Shown piece by piece: positions 32,183 to 41,929 of a stretch of 56,874 nt of DNA. The position numbers were made by a program, and so were the translations under genes. The notes under the pieces were generated by a model. That model did not search any database, was not told where the DNA came from, and was given only the letters and a program-made list of their open reading frames with translations. Every line of letters begins with the position of its first letter. The stretch's first letter is position 1. Origin of the DNA: Planctomycetia bacterium (GTDB lineage Bacteria > Planctomycetota > Planctomycetia > Pirellulales > S012-138). The stretch covers positions 1 through 56,874 of the forward strand of contig JACOUI010000377.1 of assembly GCA_016177915.1 (NCBI GenBank), read 5' to 3'.

Positions 32183-32503
32183 TTGAAGTTCACGACCTTG
32201 ATCCCGCTGACGCGCAACGACGGCTCGCGCGTGCGCCGCTCGGAATTGTCGGCGCTGGTCGAATCGCTGTGGCGGCCGTTTGGAGGCATGACCGAAGAGG
32301 GGCACGTGACCGGCCACTGGATCGCCCCGCCTGATGGTACGCATTTTCAGGATACGTGCCTGAAGGTGTCGATCGAAACCGACCGGGAACGCCTGCCAGA
32401 TGCGATCGCTGCCGTGAAGAGGATCGGCCGCGCGCTCGGTCAGCGGGCGATGTACTTCGAGGTCTCGGGCTACGACGGGGTTCAGTTCTTACGGATCGAG
32501 TAA
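32183..32503 (+). CDS. Hypothetical small protein (106 aa)
   Basis: TTG start preceded by AGGTGA. MKFTTLIPLTRNDGSRV...AMYFEVSGYDGVQFLRIE. Family not recognised. Confidence 0.5.
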   Translation: MKFTTLIPLTRNDGSRVRRSELSALVESLWRPFGGMTEEGHVTGHWIAPPDGTHFQDTCLKVSIETDRERLPDAIAAVKRIGRALGQRAMYFEVSGYDGVQFLRIE

Positions 32504-32549
32504 CCAAACAGCCACCGAATTGCGAGAGCTTTTTTCTGGGAGCGATGCC

Positions 32550-32981
32550 ATGCCGAAAATCGCCAAAAAGACGAGCACCAAGGGAGTCGAGTCCAAGGCC
32601 CGCGAGCTGCTGACCTTCGCGCGCAGCCGCGCGAAGGAAGCGCGCGACTGGATCGAGCTGCACAACGCTTTGTTCGGCATCGGCGGCAAGGCGACGGAGC
32701 TGTTTCCGACGGAAGCCGAGCGCACGGCATTTTCCCGAATGCCCGAGTGCAAACAGGTGCACGCCCTGATGGACACGCTTTCAGACCCGCCTGCCAAGGT
32801 CTTTGGGGACCTCCTGGCCACGGCGCACGGAGCGATCAGCATTCGTTTGCCGCGGTCGCTGCACGCGGCGCTTTTGGCGGAGGCGGAGGCGGAAGGCGTC
32901 AGCCTGAACCAGCTCTGCGTGTCGAAGCTTGCCGTGCAACTGCGGGCCTCCGTTCACGGACCCGCGACGCGTGCGGGGTAA
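32550..32981 (+). CDS. HicB-like / ribbon-helix-helix antitoxin-family protein
   Basis: C-terminal ISIRLPRSLHAALLAEAEAEGVSLNQLCVSKLA is the RHH tail typical of HicB-family antitoxins. The N-terminal half is not recognised. Confidence 0.55.
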   Translation: MPKIAKKTSTKGVESKARELLTFARSRAKEARDWIELHNALFGIGGKATELFPTEAERTAFSRMPECKQVHALMDTLSDPPAKVFGDLLATAHGAISIRLPRSLHAALLAEAEAEGVSLNQLCVSKLAVQLRASVHGPATRAG

Positions 32982-33000
32982 GCGAGTCGGATGTAGCATC

Positions 33001-33207
33001 ATGCAGTGGCAAAAGCTCCTCAAAGCGGCGCTCCTTTTGCCGGAGACCGAGCGGCTCATTCTGGCGACGCAATTGCTGGAGTCCATTCCTGCGGATGACG
33101 GGTGCTGGTCCGTCGAGGATCCCGGATTTCTCGAGGAGCTCGATCGGCGGTCGAGCGATGGCTCGACCGCGGTTCCGCTATCGGAGTTGTGGGACAACCG
33201 GCGCTGA
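33001..33207 (+). CDS. Putative addiction-module antitoxin component (Unstab_antitox-like)
   Basis: ATG 33001. MQWQKLLKAALLLPETERLILATQLLESI ... EELDRR matches the pattern of the putative addiction module component family. No toxin gene follows. Confidence 0.6.
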   Translation: MQWQKLLKAALLLPETERLILATQLLESIPADDGCWSVEDPGFLEELDRRSSDGSTAVPLSELWDNRR

Positions 33208-33228
33208 TTGAGGCACGGAATCCCGAAC

Positions 33229-33308
33229 GGCAGGCGGGACGCCTACCCCACGAACGGCAGGCGGGACGCCTACCCCACGAATGGCAGGCGGGCCGCCTAC
33301 CCTACGAC
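33229..33308 (+). repeat. Three tandem 26-27-nt REP-like units GGCAGGCGGGACGCCTACCCCACGAAC
   Basis: Units at 33229-33255, 33256-33282 and 33283-33308. About 100 nt upstream of the A2M start. Confidence 0.9.
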
Positions 33309-33405
33309 GCGGAACCTTTCTTCCTTAAGGTTCGTCCAATCGTTAAAGTGCCTGCGCCACGCCCGATCGGGGTCTTGCCCCATCCTCTCAACCCAGCGTA
33401 ACTCC

Positions 33406-36400
33406 ATGCTGCGCCAACGCTTCCTTTCCGTTGCACTCGTGCTCGTGATGGGCGGCCTTGTGCTCGCCGCCGCCGAAGAGGCACAAAGCCCCAGCCGCGA
33501 CAACGCCAAGAAACTCTTCGACCAGGGCAACTACAACGAGGCCTACAACGCCTACCGCAAGCTGGCCCTCGACAAGGACACGGATCCCAAGCAGGTCGGC
33601 CAGGACCTGCACATGGGCATCCAGAGCCTGCAAAACCTCGGCCGCGTCGATGAGAACGACGCCTTCCGCGAGGGCGTCATCGACGTTCACAAAACCAACT
33701 GGCGCCTGCTTCAGGCCGCCGCCCATTCCTACATTCAGGACCAGCACTTCGGGTTCATCATCGCCGGAAAATTCGAGCGCGGCCATCGCCGCGGGCAGGG
33801 GAAGTTCGTCAGCGCCATGCAGCGCGACCGCGTGCGGGCCTTGCAACTCATGCAACAAGCCTACGACCTGGCGCTAGCCGACAAGAACGCCTCGAAGGAA
33901 GAACAGGCCGCGGTGTGCTTCGATTTCGCCGACATGCTGCTCCGCGGCCGATACTACGAGGCCTGGCGCCTGCAGTATTTGACCGACCTGGCGACGCTGC
34001 CCGACTACGAAGAGACCTACGGCTACTGGTACGGCTGGGGCGGCGGCGGCAGCCAGGGCGCGCCGGTCGACGTCGAAGGCAACCCGATCTACCACAAGCT
34101 GCCCGAGAGCTATCAGAAGGCGGCGTCCGACGGCGAGCGCTGGCGGTCCCTGCTGGAGCAGACGGCGCAACTGCACGCCGCCCGGCGGAGCGAAGTCGAT
34201 TACCACTTCGCCAGCTTCCTGTGGCAGCAATTCGACGTGCACACCGCCGCCTACTACGGCCGCTTCTTTTCCGAGGACGACGGCGACACGGGCGGCGAGA
34301 ACAAGCCGCCCAAGGCCAGCGCCTTTTCCGTGCGCACGCTGACCGAGGACGAGACGATCGCGCGGCTGGCCACCGGCGTCAAGCGATTCAAGCTGCCCGA
34401 CGAATTCAACTTCATCAAGATCTACCGGGCCATCGCCGACCGCGGCAAAGGGCCCTTCGGCGGACAAGCGCTTGATCAGCTTGCGCAGATCTTCGAGAAC
34501 CGCGTGCAATACCCCAAGGCAGCCCAGCTTTGGCAGCGCGGCCTGAAGGAGTACGGCGACCAGAACCACCGGCAGGCGCGGATCGACCAGATCCTGAAGA
34601 ATTGGGGCCGCTTCGAGAACGCGCAGGTCCAGCCCGCCGGCCAGGGGGCGACCGTCGAGTTCCGCTACCGCAACGGCAAGAAGGTCTCCTTCGAGGCCCA
34701 TGCGATCAACGTCACGAAGCTGCTGGCCGACGTGAAGGCCTATCTCAAGAGCAGCCCGCCGCAGCTCGACTGGCAGAAGATGGACATCAGCAACGTCGGC
34801 TACCGTCTGGTGCAGCAGGACCAGGCGGCCTACATCGGCGAGAAGGTGGCCTCGTGGGACCTGGAGCTCAAGCCGCGCGCGGAGCACCTCGACCGCCGCG
34901 TCACCGTCACGACGCCCCTGCAAAAGGCCGGCGTCTATCTGCTCACGGCCCGCATGGAAGGCGGCCACGTGAGCCGCATCATCATGTGGCTGGACGACAC
35001 GGCCCTCGTCAAGAAGGCCCTGCACGGCAAGTCGTACTACTTTATCGCTGACTCGATCACGGGCCAGCCCATCGAAAAGGCCAACGTCGAGTATTTCGGC
35101 TGGAAGCAGGTTCCGATCGATCAGAAACGCAACCAGTGGCGGATCACCACGGCGAACTTCGCCGAGTACAGCGACAAGGACGGGCAGGTGATCCTTGGGC
35201 CCGAACGCCTGCCGCAAGACCACCAATGGATGATCGTCGCCCGCACCGCCTCCGGCCGGCTGGCCTACCTCGGCTTCACCGGCGCCTGGTACGGCCAGTA
35301 CTACGACTACGAGTACAACCAGACAAAGGTGTTTGTGATGACCGATCGGCCGGTTTACCGGCCCGAACAGGCCGCCAAGTTCAAATACTGGGTCCGCCAC
35401 GCCAAGTACGACCAGGCCGACACGTCGTCGTTCGCCAAGCAGCAGTTCCGCGTGCAGATCAACGACCCGATGGGCGAAAAGGTCCACGAGGAGACCGCCA
35501 CGGCCGACGAATACGGCGGCATCGCCGGCGAGATCAAGCTGGCCAAGGGCTGCAAGCTCGGCGTCTACAGCGTGCAGGTCTTCCAGGGCCAGAACGGCCT
35601 GGGCGGCGGCTCGTTCCGCGTCGAGGAATACAAAAAGCCCGAGTTCGAGGTGACCATCGAGGCCCCCAAGGAGCCGGTGATGCTCGGCGAAAAGATCGCC
35701 GCCGAGATCAAGTCGAAGTACTACTTCGGCGCGCCCGTCACCAAGGCCAAGGTCAAGTACAAGGTCCTCCGCAGCTCTCACAGCCAGCACTGGTTCCCCA
35801 TCGCCCGCTGGGATTGGTTCTATGGCCGCGGCTACTGGTGGTACGCCTACGACTACGTCTGGTATCCCGGCTGGAAGGAATGGGGCTGCTTCCGCCCGAT
35901 CTGGTGGTGGTGGGGGCACGCCGAGCCTCAGCCCGAGGTCGTCATGGAGTCCGAGGTGCCCGTCGGCGCCGACGGCATCGTGAAGGTCGAGATCGACACC
36001 GCGCTAGCCAAGGAACTGCACGGCGACACCGACCACTCCTATTCCATCACGGCGGAAGTGGTCGATGAATCGCGCCGCACGATCGTCGGTCAGGGCGAAG
36101 TCCTCGTCGCCCGGCATCCCTTCAAGGTCTTCGCCTGGGTCGATCGCGGGCATTACCGCGTGGGCGACACGGTGACGGCCAGCTTCGACGCCCACACGCT
36201 GGACAACAAGCCGGTCCAGGGCAAAGGCGAGCTGAAGCTCCTTTCGATCACGTACAACGAAAAGGGCGTGCCGCAGGAAAAGGAAGTCCAGAATTGGAAG
36301 CTCGACACCGACGCGCAAGGGCACGCGCAGCAGCAGATCAAGGCCTCGGAGGCGGGGCAGTATCGCCTCTCCTACAAGCTTACTGACGCCAAGAACCACA

Positions 36401-39400
36401 CTATCGAAGGCGGCTACATCTTCGTCGTCATCGGCCAGGGCTTCGACGGCAGCGAATTCCGCTTCGCCGACATCGAGCTGATTACGGACAAGCGCGAGTA
36501 CGCACCGGGCGAGAAAGTGAAGCTGATGGTCAACACGAACCGCGCCGGGGCGGCCGTCGTGCTGTTCGTCCGGCCGGCCAACGGCATCTATCTGCCGCCG
36601 AAGGTCCTGCGCTTGAAGGGCAAGAGCGCCGTCGAGGAAATCGAAGTCGCCACCAAGGACATGCCCAACTTCTTCGTCGAAGCGTTCACGATCCACGGCG
36701 GAAAGCTCCACAACGAAATGCGCGAGGTGATCGTCCCGCCGGAAAAGCGCGTCATCGACGTGGCCGTGACGCCCTCGCAAACAGAATATCTCCCCGGCGC
36801 GCCGGCCAAGGTGCAGATCAAGCTCACCGGCGCCGACGGCAAGCCCTTCGAAGGCTCGACGGTCGTCTCCGTCTACGACAAGAGCGTCGAGTACATCTCC
36901 GGCGGCACCAATGTGCCCGAAATCCGCGAGTTCTTCTGGAAGTGGCGCCGCACCCATTACCCCCAGCGCGAGTGCAGCCTCGACCGCTGGTTCTACAACC
37001 TCTTAAAGAGCGGCGAGATCGGCATGAGCGACCTGGGCGTCTTCGGCGGCCAGGTGGCCGAGGAGCTGGAAAAGAGCTTCGAGGGCGCCGACAAGCCCGG
37101 CCAGCAGGCGGCCAGCGCCGCCCCTGGCGGACCCGCCGGCGGCTATGCCAAGCGCGGCCAGGGCCGTTCGAATCTGCGCCAGGCCAACGGCCTAGCCAAC
37201 CGGAAGGAATCCAAAGACGAAGGCGGACCCGCAGCGCCTCCCCCGCCCCCGGCCGGCCAGGTCCAGCCCGCCGTCCGAAAATCGTTCGCCGACACGGCCT
37301 TCTGGGCCGCGTCTGTCACCACCGACAAGAACGGCATGGCGGAAGTCGCCCTCACCATGCCCGAGAACCTCACCGGCTGGAAAGTCAAATGCTGGGCCAT
37401 GGGGCACGGCACGAAAGTCGGCCAGGGCGAGGCCGAGGTCGTCACGCGCAAGAACATCATCGTCCGCCTGCAGGCCCCGCGGTTCTTCGTCGAGAAGGAC
37501 GAGGTCGTGCTGTCGGCCAACGTCCACAACTATCTCAAGACCGACAAGAAGACCGACGTCGTCCTGGAACTCGAAGGCAGCACGCTGGCGCCGATGGGCG
37601 ATCTGGCGGCGAACGTCAACATCCCTGCCGGCAGCGAGCTGCGCGTCGATTGGCGCGTGAAGGTGACGAAGGAGGGCGAGGCGCTCGTGCGGATGAAGGC
37701 GCTCACGGACGAAGAATCCGACGCCATGGAGATGAAATTCCCGGTGTTCGTCCACGGCATGCTCAAGACCGAGTCGTTCTCGGGCGTCATCCGGCCCGAT
37801 AAGGAGCTGGCCAGCGTCGCCTTCACGGTCCCCTCGGAGCGCCGCATCAACCAGACGCGGCTCGAGGTCCGCTACTCGCCGACCCTGGCCGGCGCGATGG
37901 TCGATGCCCTGCCCTACATGGTCGAGTATCCCTACGGCTGCACCGAGCAGACGCTGAACCGCTTCCTGCCCACCGTCGTCACCCATAACGTCCTCAAGCG
38001 GATGAACCTGGACCTCAAGGCGATCCAGGAGAAGCGCACGAACCTCAACGCCCAGGAAATCGGCGACGACAAGGAGCGGGCCAAAGCTTGGAAGCGCTTC
38101 GACCGCAATCCGGTGTTCGACGCCGACGAGGTCCTGCGGATGGTCAAGGAAGGCGTCGACGCCCTGACCAGCATGCAGTGCTCCGACGGCGGCTGGGGCT
38201 GGTTCTCCGGCTGGGGCGAGCACTCCTGGCCCCACACCACGGCGATCGTCGTTCATGGCCTGCAAATCGCCAAGGCCAACGACGTGGCCCTCGTCCCCGG
38301 CACCTTGGAAAACGGCGTCGAGTGGCTGAAGCGCTACCAGGCCCAGGAGCTGGTCAAGATCAAGAACGCGCCCACGATGACGCAGCCCTGGAAGCCCAAT
38401 GCCGACAGCCTCGACGCGCTCGTTTACATGGTCCTGGTCGACGCCGGCCACAACGACGCCGAAATGATGGAGTTCCTCTATCGCGACCGCACGAAGATCT
38501 CCGTTTACGCCAAGGCGATGTTCGGCCTGGCGCTGCACAACGTCGACCAGATCGAAAAGCGCGACATGATCCTCCGCAACATCGAGCAGTACCTCGTGCA
38601 GGACGACGAGAACCAGACGGCCTTCCTGCGCCTGCCGCCCGGCAGCTTCTGGTGGTACTGGTTCGACGACGAGATCGAGTCGAACGCGTATTACCTCAAG
38701 CTGCTCACCAAGGTGAACCCCAAGGACGAGCGCTGCTCGCGGCTGGTGAAATACCTGCTCAACAACCGCAAGCACGCCACGTACTGGAACAGCACGCGCG
38801 ACACGTCGCTCTGCATCGAGGCCTTCGCCGAGTACATCCAGGCCAGCGGCGAAGACAAGCCCGACATGACCGTGCAGATCGTCCTGGACGGCAAGCCGCT
38901 CAAGGAGGTGAAGATCACGCCGCAGGACCTGTTCACGTTCGACAACAAGTTCGTCCTCGAGGGCGACGCGGTCGAATCGGGTCCCCACAAGCTGGAGGTC
39001 AAGCGCACCGGCAAGGGACCCGTGTACTTCAACGCCTACCTCACGAATTTCACGCTCGAGGACTTTATCACCAAGGCCGGCCTGGAGGTGCGGGTCAACC
39101 GCAAGTACTACAAGCTGACGCGCGTCGACAAGACCGAGAAGGTCGCCGGCTCGCGCGGGCAGGCGCTCGACCAGAAGGTCGAGAAGTACGAGCGGAGCGA
39201 GATCTCGAACCTGGGCACGCTCAAGTCGGGCGACCTGGTCCAGATCGAGCTGGAGATCGACAGCAAGAACGACTACGAGTACCTGATCTTCGAGGACATG
39301 AAGGGGGCCGGGTTCGAACCGGTCGACGTCCGCAGCGGCTACACGGGCAACGAAATGGGGGCCTACGTCGAGTTCCGCGACGAAAAGGTCTCGTTCTTCG

Positions 39401-39555
39401 TCCGCGCCCTGGCCCGCGGCAAGAGCAGCGTGAGCTACCGCGTGCGGGCGGAGATCCCCGGCCGCTTCAGCGCGCTGCCGACGCGGGCTTATGCGATGTA
39501 CGCGCCGGAATTGAAGGGGAATTCCGACGAGATCAAGGTGCGGATCGAGGATTAG
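33406..39555 (+). CDS. Alpha-2-macroglobulin family protein with thioester (2049 aa)
   Basis: ATG 33406 gives signal-like MLRQRFLSVALVLVMGGLVLAAAEEAQS. Multiple MG-type beta-sandwich repeats. Thioester motif YPYGCTEQT (CTEQ at 37939-37950). The C-terminal receptor-binding-like end is FRVRAEIPGRFSALPTRAYAMYAPE. Confidence 0.9.
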   Translation: MLRQRFLSVALVLVMGGLVLAAAEEAQSPSRDNAKKLFDQGNYNEAYNAYRKLALDKDTDPKQVGQDLHMGIQSLQNLGRVDENDAFREGVIDVHKTNWRLLQAAAHSYIQDQHFGFIIAGKFERGHRRGQGKFVSAMQRDRVRALQLMQQAYDLALADKNASKEEQAAVCFDFADMLLRGRYYEAWRLQYLTDLATLPDYEETYGYWYGWGGGGSQGAPVDVEGNPIYHKLPESYQKAASDGERWRSLLEQTAQLHAARRSEVDYHFASFLWQQFDVHTAAYYGRFFSEDDGDTGGENKPPKASAFSVRTLTEDETIARLATGVKRFKLPDEFNFIKIYRAIADRGKGPFGGQALDQLAQIFENRVQYPKAAQLWQRGLKEYGDQNHRQARIDQILKNWGRFENAQVQPAGQGATVEFRYRNGKKVSFEAHAINVTKLLADVKAYLKSSPPQLDWQKMDISNVGYRLVQQDQAAYIGEKVASWDLELKPRAEHLDRRVTVTTPLQKAGVYLLTARMEGGHVSRIIMWLDDTALVKKALHGKSYYFIADSITGQPIEKANVEYFGWKQVPIDQKRNQWRITTANFAEYSDKDGQVILGPERLPQDHQWMIVARTASGRLAYLGFTGAWYGQYYDYEYNQTKVFVMTDRPVYRPEQAAKFKYWVRHAKYDQADTSSFAKQQFRVQINDPMGEKVHEETATADEYGGIAGEIKLAKGCKLGVYSVQVFQGQNGLGGGSFRVEEYKKPEFEVTIEAPKEPVMLGEKIAAEIKSKYYFGAPVTKAKVKYKVLRSSHSQHWFPIARWDWFYGRGYWWYAYDYVWYPGWKEWGCFRPIWWWWGHAEPQPEVVMESEVPVGADGIVKVEIDTALAKELHGDTDHSYSITAEVVDESRRTIVGQGEVLVARHPFKVFAWVDRGHYRVGDTVTASFDAHTLDNKPVQGKGELKLLSITYNEKGVPQEKEVQNWKLDTDAQGHAQQQIKASEAGQYRLSYKLTDAKNHTIEGGYIFVVIGQGFDGSEFRFADIELITDKREYAPGEKVKLMVNTNRAGAAVVLFVRPANGIYLPPKVLRLKGKSAVEEIEVATKDMPNFFVEAFTIHGGKLHNEMREVIVPPEKRVIDVAVTPSQTEYLPGAPAKVQIKLTGADGKPFEGSTVVSVYDKSVEYISGGTNVPEIREFFWKWRRTHYPQRECSLDRWFYNLLKSGEIGMSDLGVFGGQVAEELEKSFEGADKPGQQAASAAPGGPAGGYAKRGQGRSNLRQANGLANRKESKDEGGPAAPPPPPAGQVQPAVRKSFADTAFWAASVTTDKNGMAEVALTMPENLTGWKVKCWAMGHGTKVGQGEAEVVTRKNIIVRLQAPRFFVEKDEVVLSANVHNYLKTDKKTDVVLELEGSTLAPMGDLAANVNIPAGSELRVDWRVKVTKEGEALVRMKALTDEESDAMEMKFPVFVHGMLKTESFSGVIRPDKELASVAFTVPSERRINQTRLEVRYSPTLAGAMVDALPYMVEYPYGCTEQTLNRFLPTVVTHNVLKRMNLDLKAIQEKRTNLNAQEIGDDKERAKAWKRFDRNPVFDADEVLRMVKEGVDALTSMQCSDGGWGWFSGWGEHSWPHTTAIVVHGLQIAKANDVALVPGTLENGVEWLKRYQAQELVKIKNAPTMTQPWKPNADSLDALVYMVLVDAGHNDAEMMEFLYRDRTKISVYAKAMFGLALHNVDQIEKRDMILRNIEQYLVQDDENQTAFLRLPPGSFWWYWFDDEIESNAYYLKLLTKVNPKDERCSRLVKYLLNNRKHATYWNSTRDTSLCIEAFAEYIQASGEDKPDMTVQIVLDGKPLKEVKITPQDLFTFDNKFVLEGDAVESGPHKLEVKRTGKGPVYFNAYLTNFTLEDFITKAGLEVRVNRKYYKLTRVDKTEKVAGSRGQALDQKVEKYERSEISNLGTLKSGDLVQIELEIDSKNDYEYLIFEDMKGAGFEPVDVRSGYTGNEMGAYVEFRDEKVSFFVRALARGKSSVSYRVRAEIPGRFSALPTRAYAMYAPELKGNSDEIKVRIED

Positions 39556-39563
39556 CCTCGGCC

Positions 39564-39609
39564 GGAGCGAATCCGCTCCACCGACCCCGCGTCGACGCGG
39601 GGTCGGTGG
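39564..39609 (+). terminator. Two abutting hairpins after the A2M gene: GGAGCG-AATC-CGCTCC and the 32-nt perfect palindrome CCACCGACCCCGCG-TCGA-CGCGGGGTCGGTGG
   Basis: Starts 9 nt after stop 39555. The stem is 14 bp. No U tract, so an intrinsic-terminator call is tentative. Confidence 0.45.
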
Positions 39610-39940
39610 GGCGGGGAGGGGATTGTGAGTTGGTGCTACTGGCTCGGCCAGTGCGTTCGGCCGCCGCGCGTTGACCCGCGATCGTCGGCGGGCGGTCCCC
39701 AGGGGGGTTGGGCGTTCCTAGCCGCAAATCATCCCTCCACCGGCGCAAGGCCGGTGGGGCGAGGTCGATTCACGGAAAGCAGCGCGTTGCCCAAGGGCAT
39801 CATGGCCATCGAACAACCTGTTGCGAAACCACGACGCTCGCCCGCCGCCAGATCGCACGACGTTCATTGCAACTCTTGCAGAGACGAGACCTTGCGCTCA
39901 CGAAGGCCCTGGATCCCGCAATGCCGGCATTGCGAGTGCG

Positions 39941-41671
39941 ATGGCAACTGGCCACGCATCGCCCCCGCCCCCGCCCCCGCACCCAGGCACCCGGAGAGCC
40001 CTCGTGAGCCGCGCCCCCAAGAAGCGCAACGGCCATCCGCCCGCGCCCTCCCTGCGCAAGCCGTCCCCGCGAGTCGAGCGAATCGAGGCCGATATCGCCC
40101 GCGACCCGCTGGAAGCCCGCGAGCCGCCGGAAGCCCGCGAGCCGGCCGACCGCGACGCGCCGCTGGCCGAGGAGGACGACCTCTACCAGAGCGACACGGA
40201 GCTGGAAGAAGTCGCCGACGAGCACGGCGACGAGGAGCTCGAAGCGGCCCTGGAAGGCCAGGTCATCGACGACCCCATCCGCGTCTACCTGATGCAGATG
40301 GGCGAGATCCCCCTTTTGACGCGCGAACAAGAGCTCACCGCCGCCCGCGACATCGAACGCACGCGCACGCGGTTCCGCAACGGGCTGTTGACCAGCGAGC
40401 TGGTTCTGCGCAGCGCCGTGGCCATGCTGCAAAAGGTCTTCCGCGGCCAGCTCCGGCTCGACCGGACGGTCGAGGTGTCCGTGACCGACGCGGCCGAGAA
40501 AAAACTGATTATGGCCGTGCTGCCGGCCAACCTGCGAACGCTCGAGGGCATCCTGACCCGCAACGTCCGCGACGTGCGGATCGCGTTGCACAAGCGCCGT
40601 CCGATGGGGCAGCGGCGGGAGGCCTGGCGTCGGCTGGCGACGCGGCGGCGGCGGGCCGTGCGGCTGGTCGAGGAGCTGGGCCTGCGGACGCAGCGGCTGC
40701 TGCCGCTCTTGGACCAGTTGACGAACATCAGCCGGCGGATGGACGACTTGCAGCAGCAGATGCGCGAGCTGGCTGGCGAGCCGCCGCGCACGGCCGAGGA
40801 GCGGCGCGTGACCCTTCGCCGCGAGCTTTGCCGCTGGATGCGGATGGTCATGGAAAGCCCCGCCACGCTCCGCAAACGCGTCAAGCGCGTGCAGCGTTGG
40901 CGCCGCCACTACGACGCCGCCAAGCGCGTCCTCTCCGCCGGAAACCTCCGCCTCGTCGTCTCCATCGCCAAGCGCTATCGCAACCGCGGCCTGAGCTTTT
41001 TGGACCTGATCCAGGAAGGGAACACGGGCCTGATGCGGGCCGTCGACAAGTTCGAGCACGCCCGCGGCTTCAAGTTCTCCACCTACGCCACGTGGTGGAT
41101 TCGGCAGGCGATCACGCGGGCCATCGCCGACCAGAGCCGCACGATCCGCCTGCCCGTCCACATGATCGAAACAATGAGCAAGGTCCGCAACGTCAGCCGG
41201 AGCCTGCTGCAGAAGCTCGGCCGCGAGCCGACGCTGGAGGAGATGGCGCGGGCGGCGGGCCTTTCGGTCGACGACGCCCGCTGCGTGCTCAAGCTCACGC
41301 GGCAGCCCCTGTCGCTGGACCAGCCGGTGGGCGACGCCGACGACAACTACTTCGGCGAGTTCGTGGAGGAACAGCGCGAGGACGATCCGCTGGCCGACAT
41401 GAACAAGAGCGCCCTCAAGGACCGCATCGAGCAGGCCCTGGAGTCGCTCAACTACCGCGAACGCGAAATCCTCCGCATGCGGTTCGGCCTGACGGACGGC
41501 TATCCCTACACGCTGGAGGAAGTCGGGCAGATCTTCTCCGTGACGCGGGAGCGCGTGCGGCAGATCGAGGCCAAGGCCGTCCGCAAGCTCCAGCACCCCG
41601 TCCGGGCCGAGCAGCTCAGCGGGTTTATCGACCAGATTCCAAGCCCGATCCAGCCGGACGCGGCCCAGTAG
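39941..41671 (+). CDS. rpoD: RNA polymerase primary-type sigma-70 factor
   Basis: [21 protein letters not shown] (region 1.2), [61 protein letters not shown] (region 2), [28 protein letters not shown] (region 4.2). Start at ATG 39941 or upstream ATG 39821 is uncertain. Confidence 0.88.
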   Translation: MATGHASPPPPPPHPGTRRALVSRAPKKRNGHPPAPSLRKPSPRVERIEADIARDPLEAREPPEAREPADRDAPLAEEDDLYQSDTELEEVADEHGDEELEAALEGQVIDDPIRVYLMQMGEIPLLTREQELTAARDIERTRTRFRNGLLTSELVLRSAVAMLQKVFRGQLRLDRTVEVSVTDAAEKKLIMAVLPANLRTLEGILTRNVRDVRIALHKRRPMGQRREAWRRLATRRRRAVRLVEELGLRTQRLLPLLDQLTNISRRMDDLQQQMRELAGEPPRTAEERRVTLRRELCRWMRMVMESPATLRKRVKRVQRWRRHYDAAKRVLSAGNLRLVVSIAKRYRNRGLSFLDLIQEGNTGLMRAVDKFEHARGFKFSTYATWWIRQAITRAIADQSRTIRLPVHMIETMSKVRNVSRSLLQKLGREPTLEEMARAAGLSVDDARCVLKLTRQPLSLDQPVGDADDNYFGEFVEEQREDDPLADMNKSALKDRIEQALESLNYREREILRMRFGLTDGYPYTLEEVGQIFSVTRERVRQIEAKAVRKLQHPVRAEQLSGFIDQIPSPIQPDAAQ

Positions 41672-41929
41672 CGCTGCGGCAACTCTGCAGCTCCGCGACA
41701 AGTCCGCGGACCCAAGCCGTCAAACCCGACGCGCGCCGGCACGCTTTGCGCCACGCTCAGACTTTTCCCGACTGGAGTGACCGGGCGAGCGCGCCCTTGT
41801 CCTTCTCGTCCCGACGCGAGCGACACTTGCAATCCAGCGCTGTCGCTGGCCACAATGAGAATCTGAGGACCGTGGCTGCTGATGCGGCAGGGTTGTCGCG
41901 GGCGCGCTGGCGAGCGCCGGGAGCAAGGC

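Noticed and set aside
33208-33405. N-terminal 66-codon extension of the A2M ORF (MRHGIPNGRRDAYPTNGRRDAYPTN...).
   Set aside because: It is a translation of the triple REP unit. A signal-peptide-bearing ATG at 33406 gives a sensible start.
40112-40147. 18-nt tandem duplication GAAGCCCGCGAGCCGCCG / GAAGCCCGCGAGCCGGCC in the rpoD 5' region, as a possible regulatory repeat.
   Set aside because: It lies inside the acidic/Pro-rich low-complexity N-terminal region of the sigma factor ([12 protein letters not shown]). It is most simply an in-frame coding duplication.
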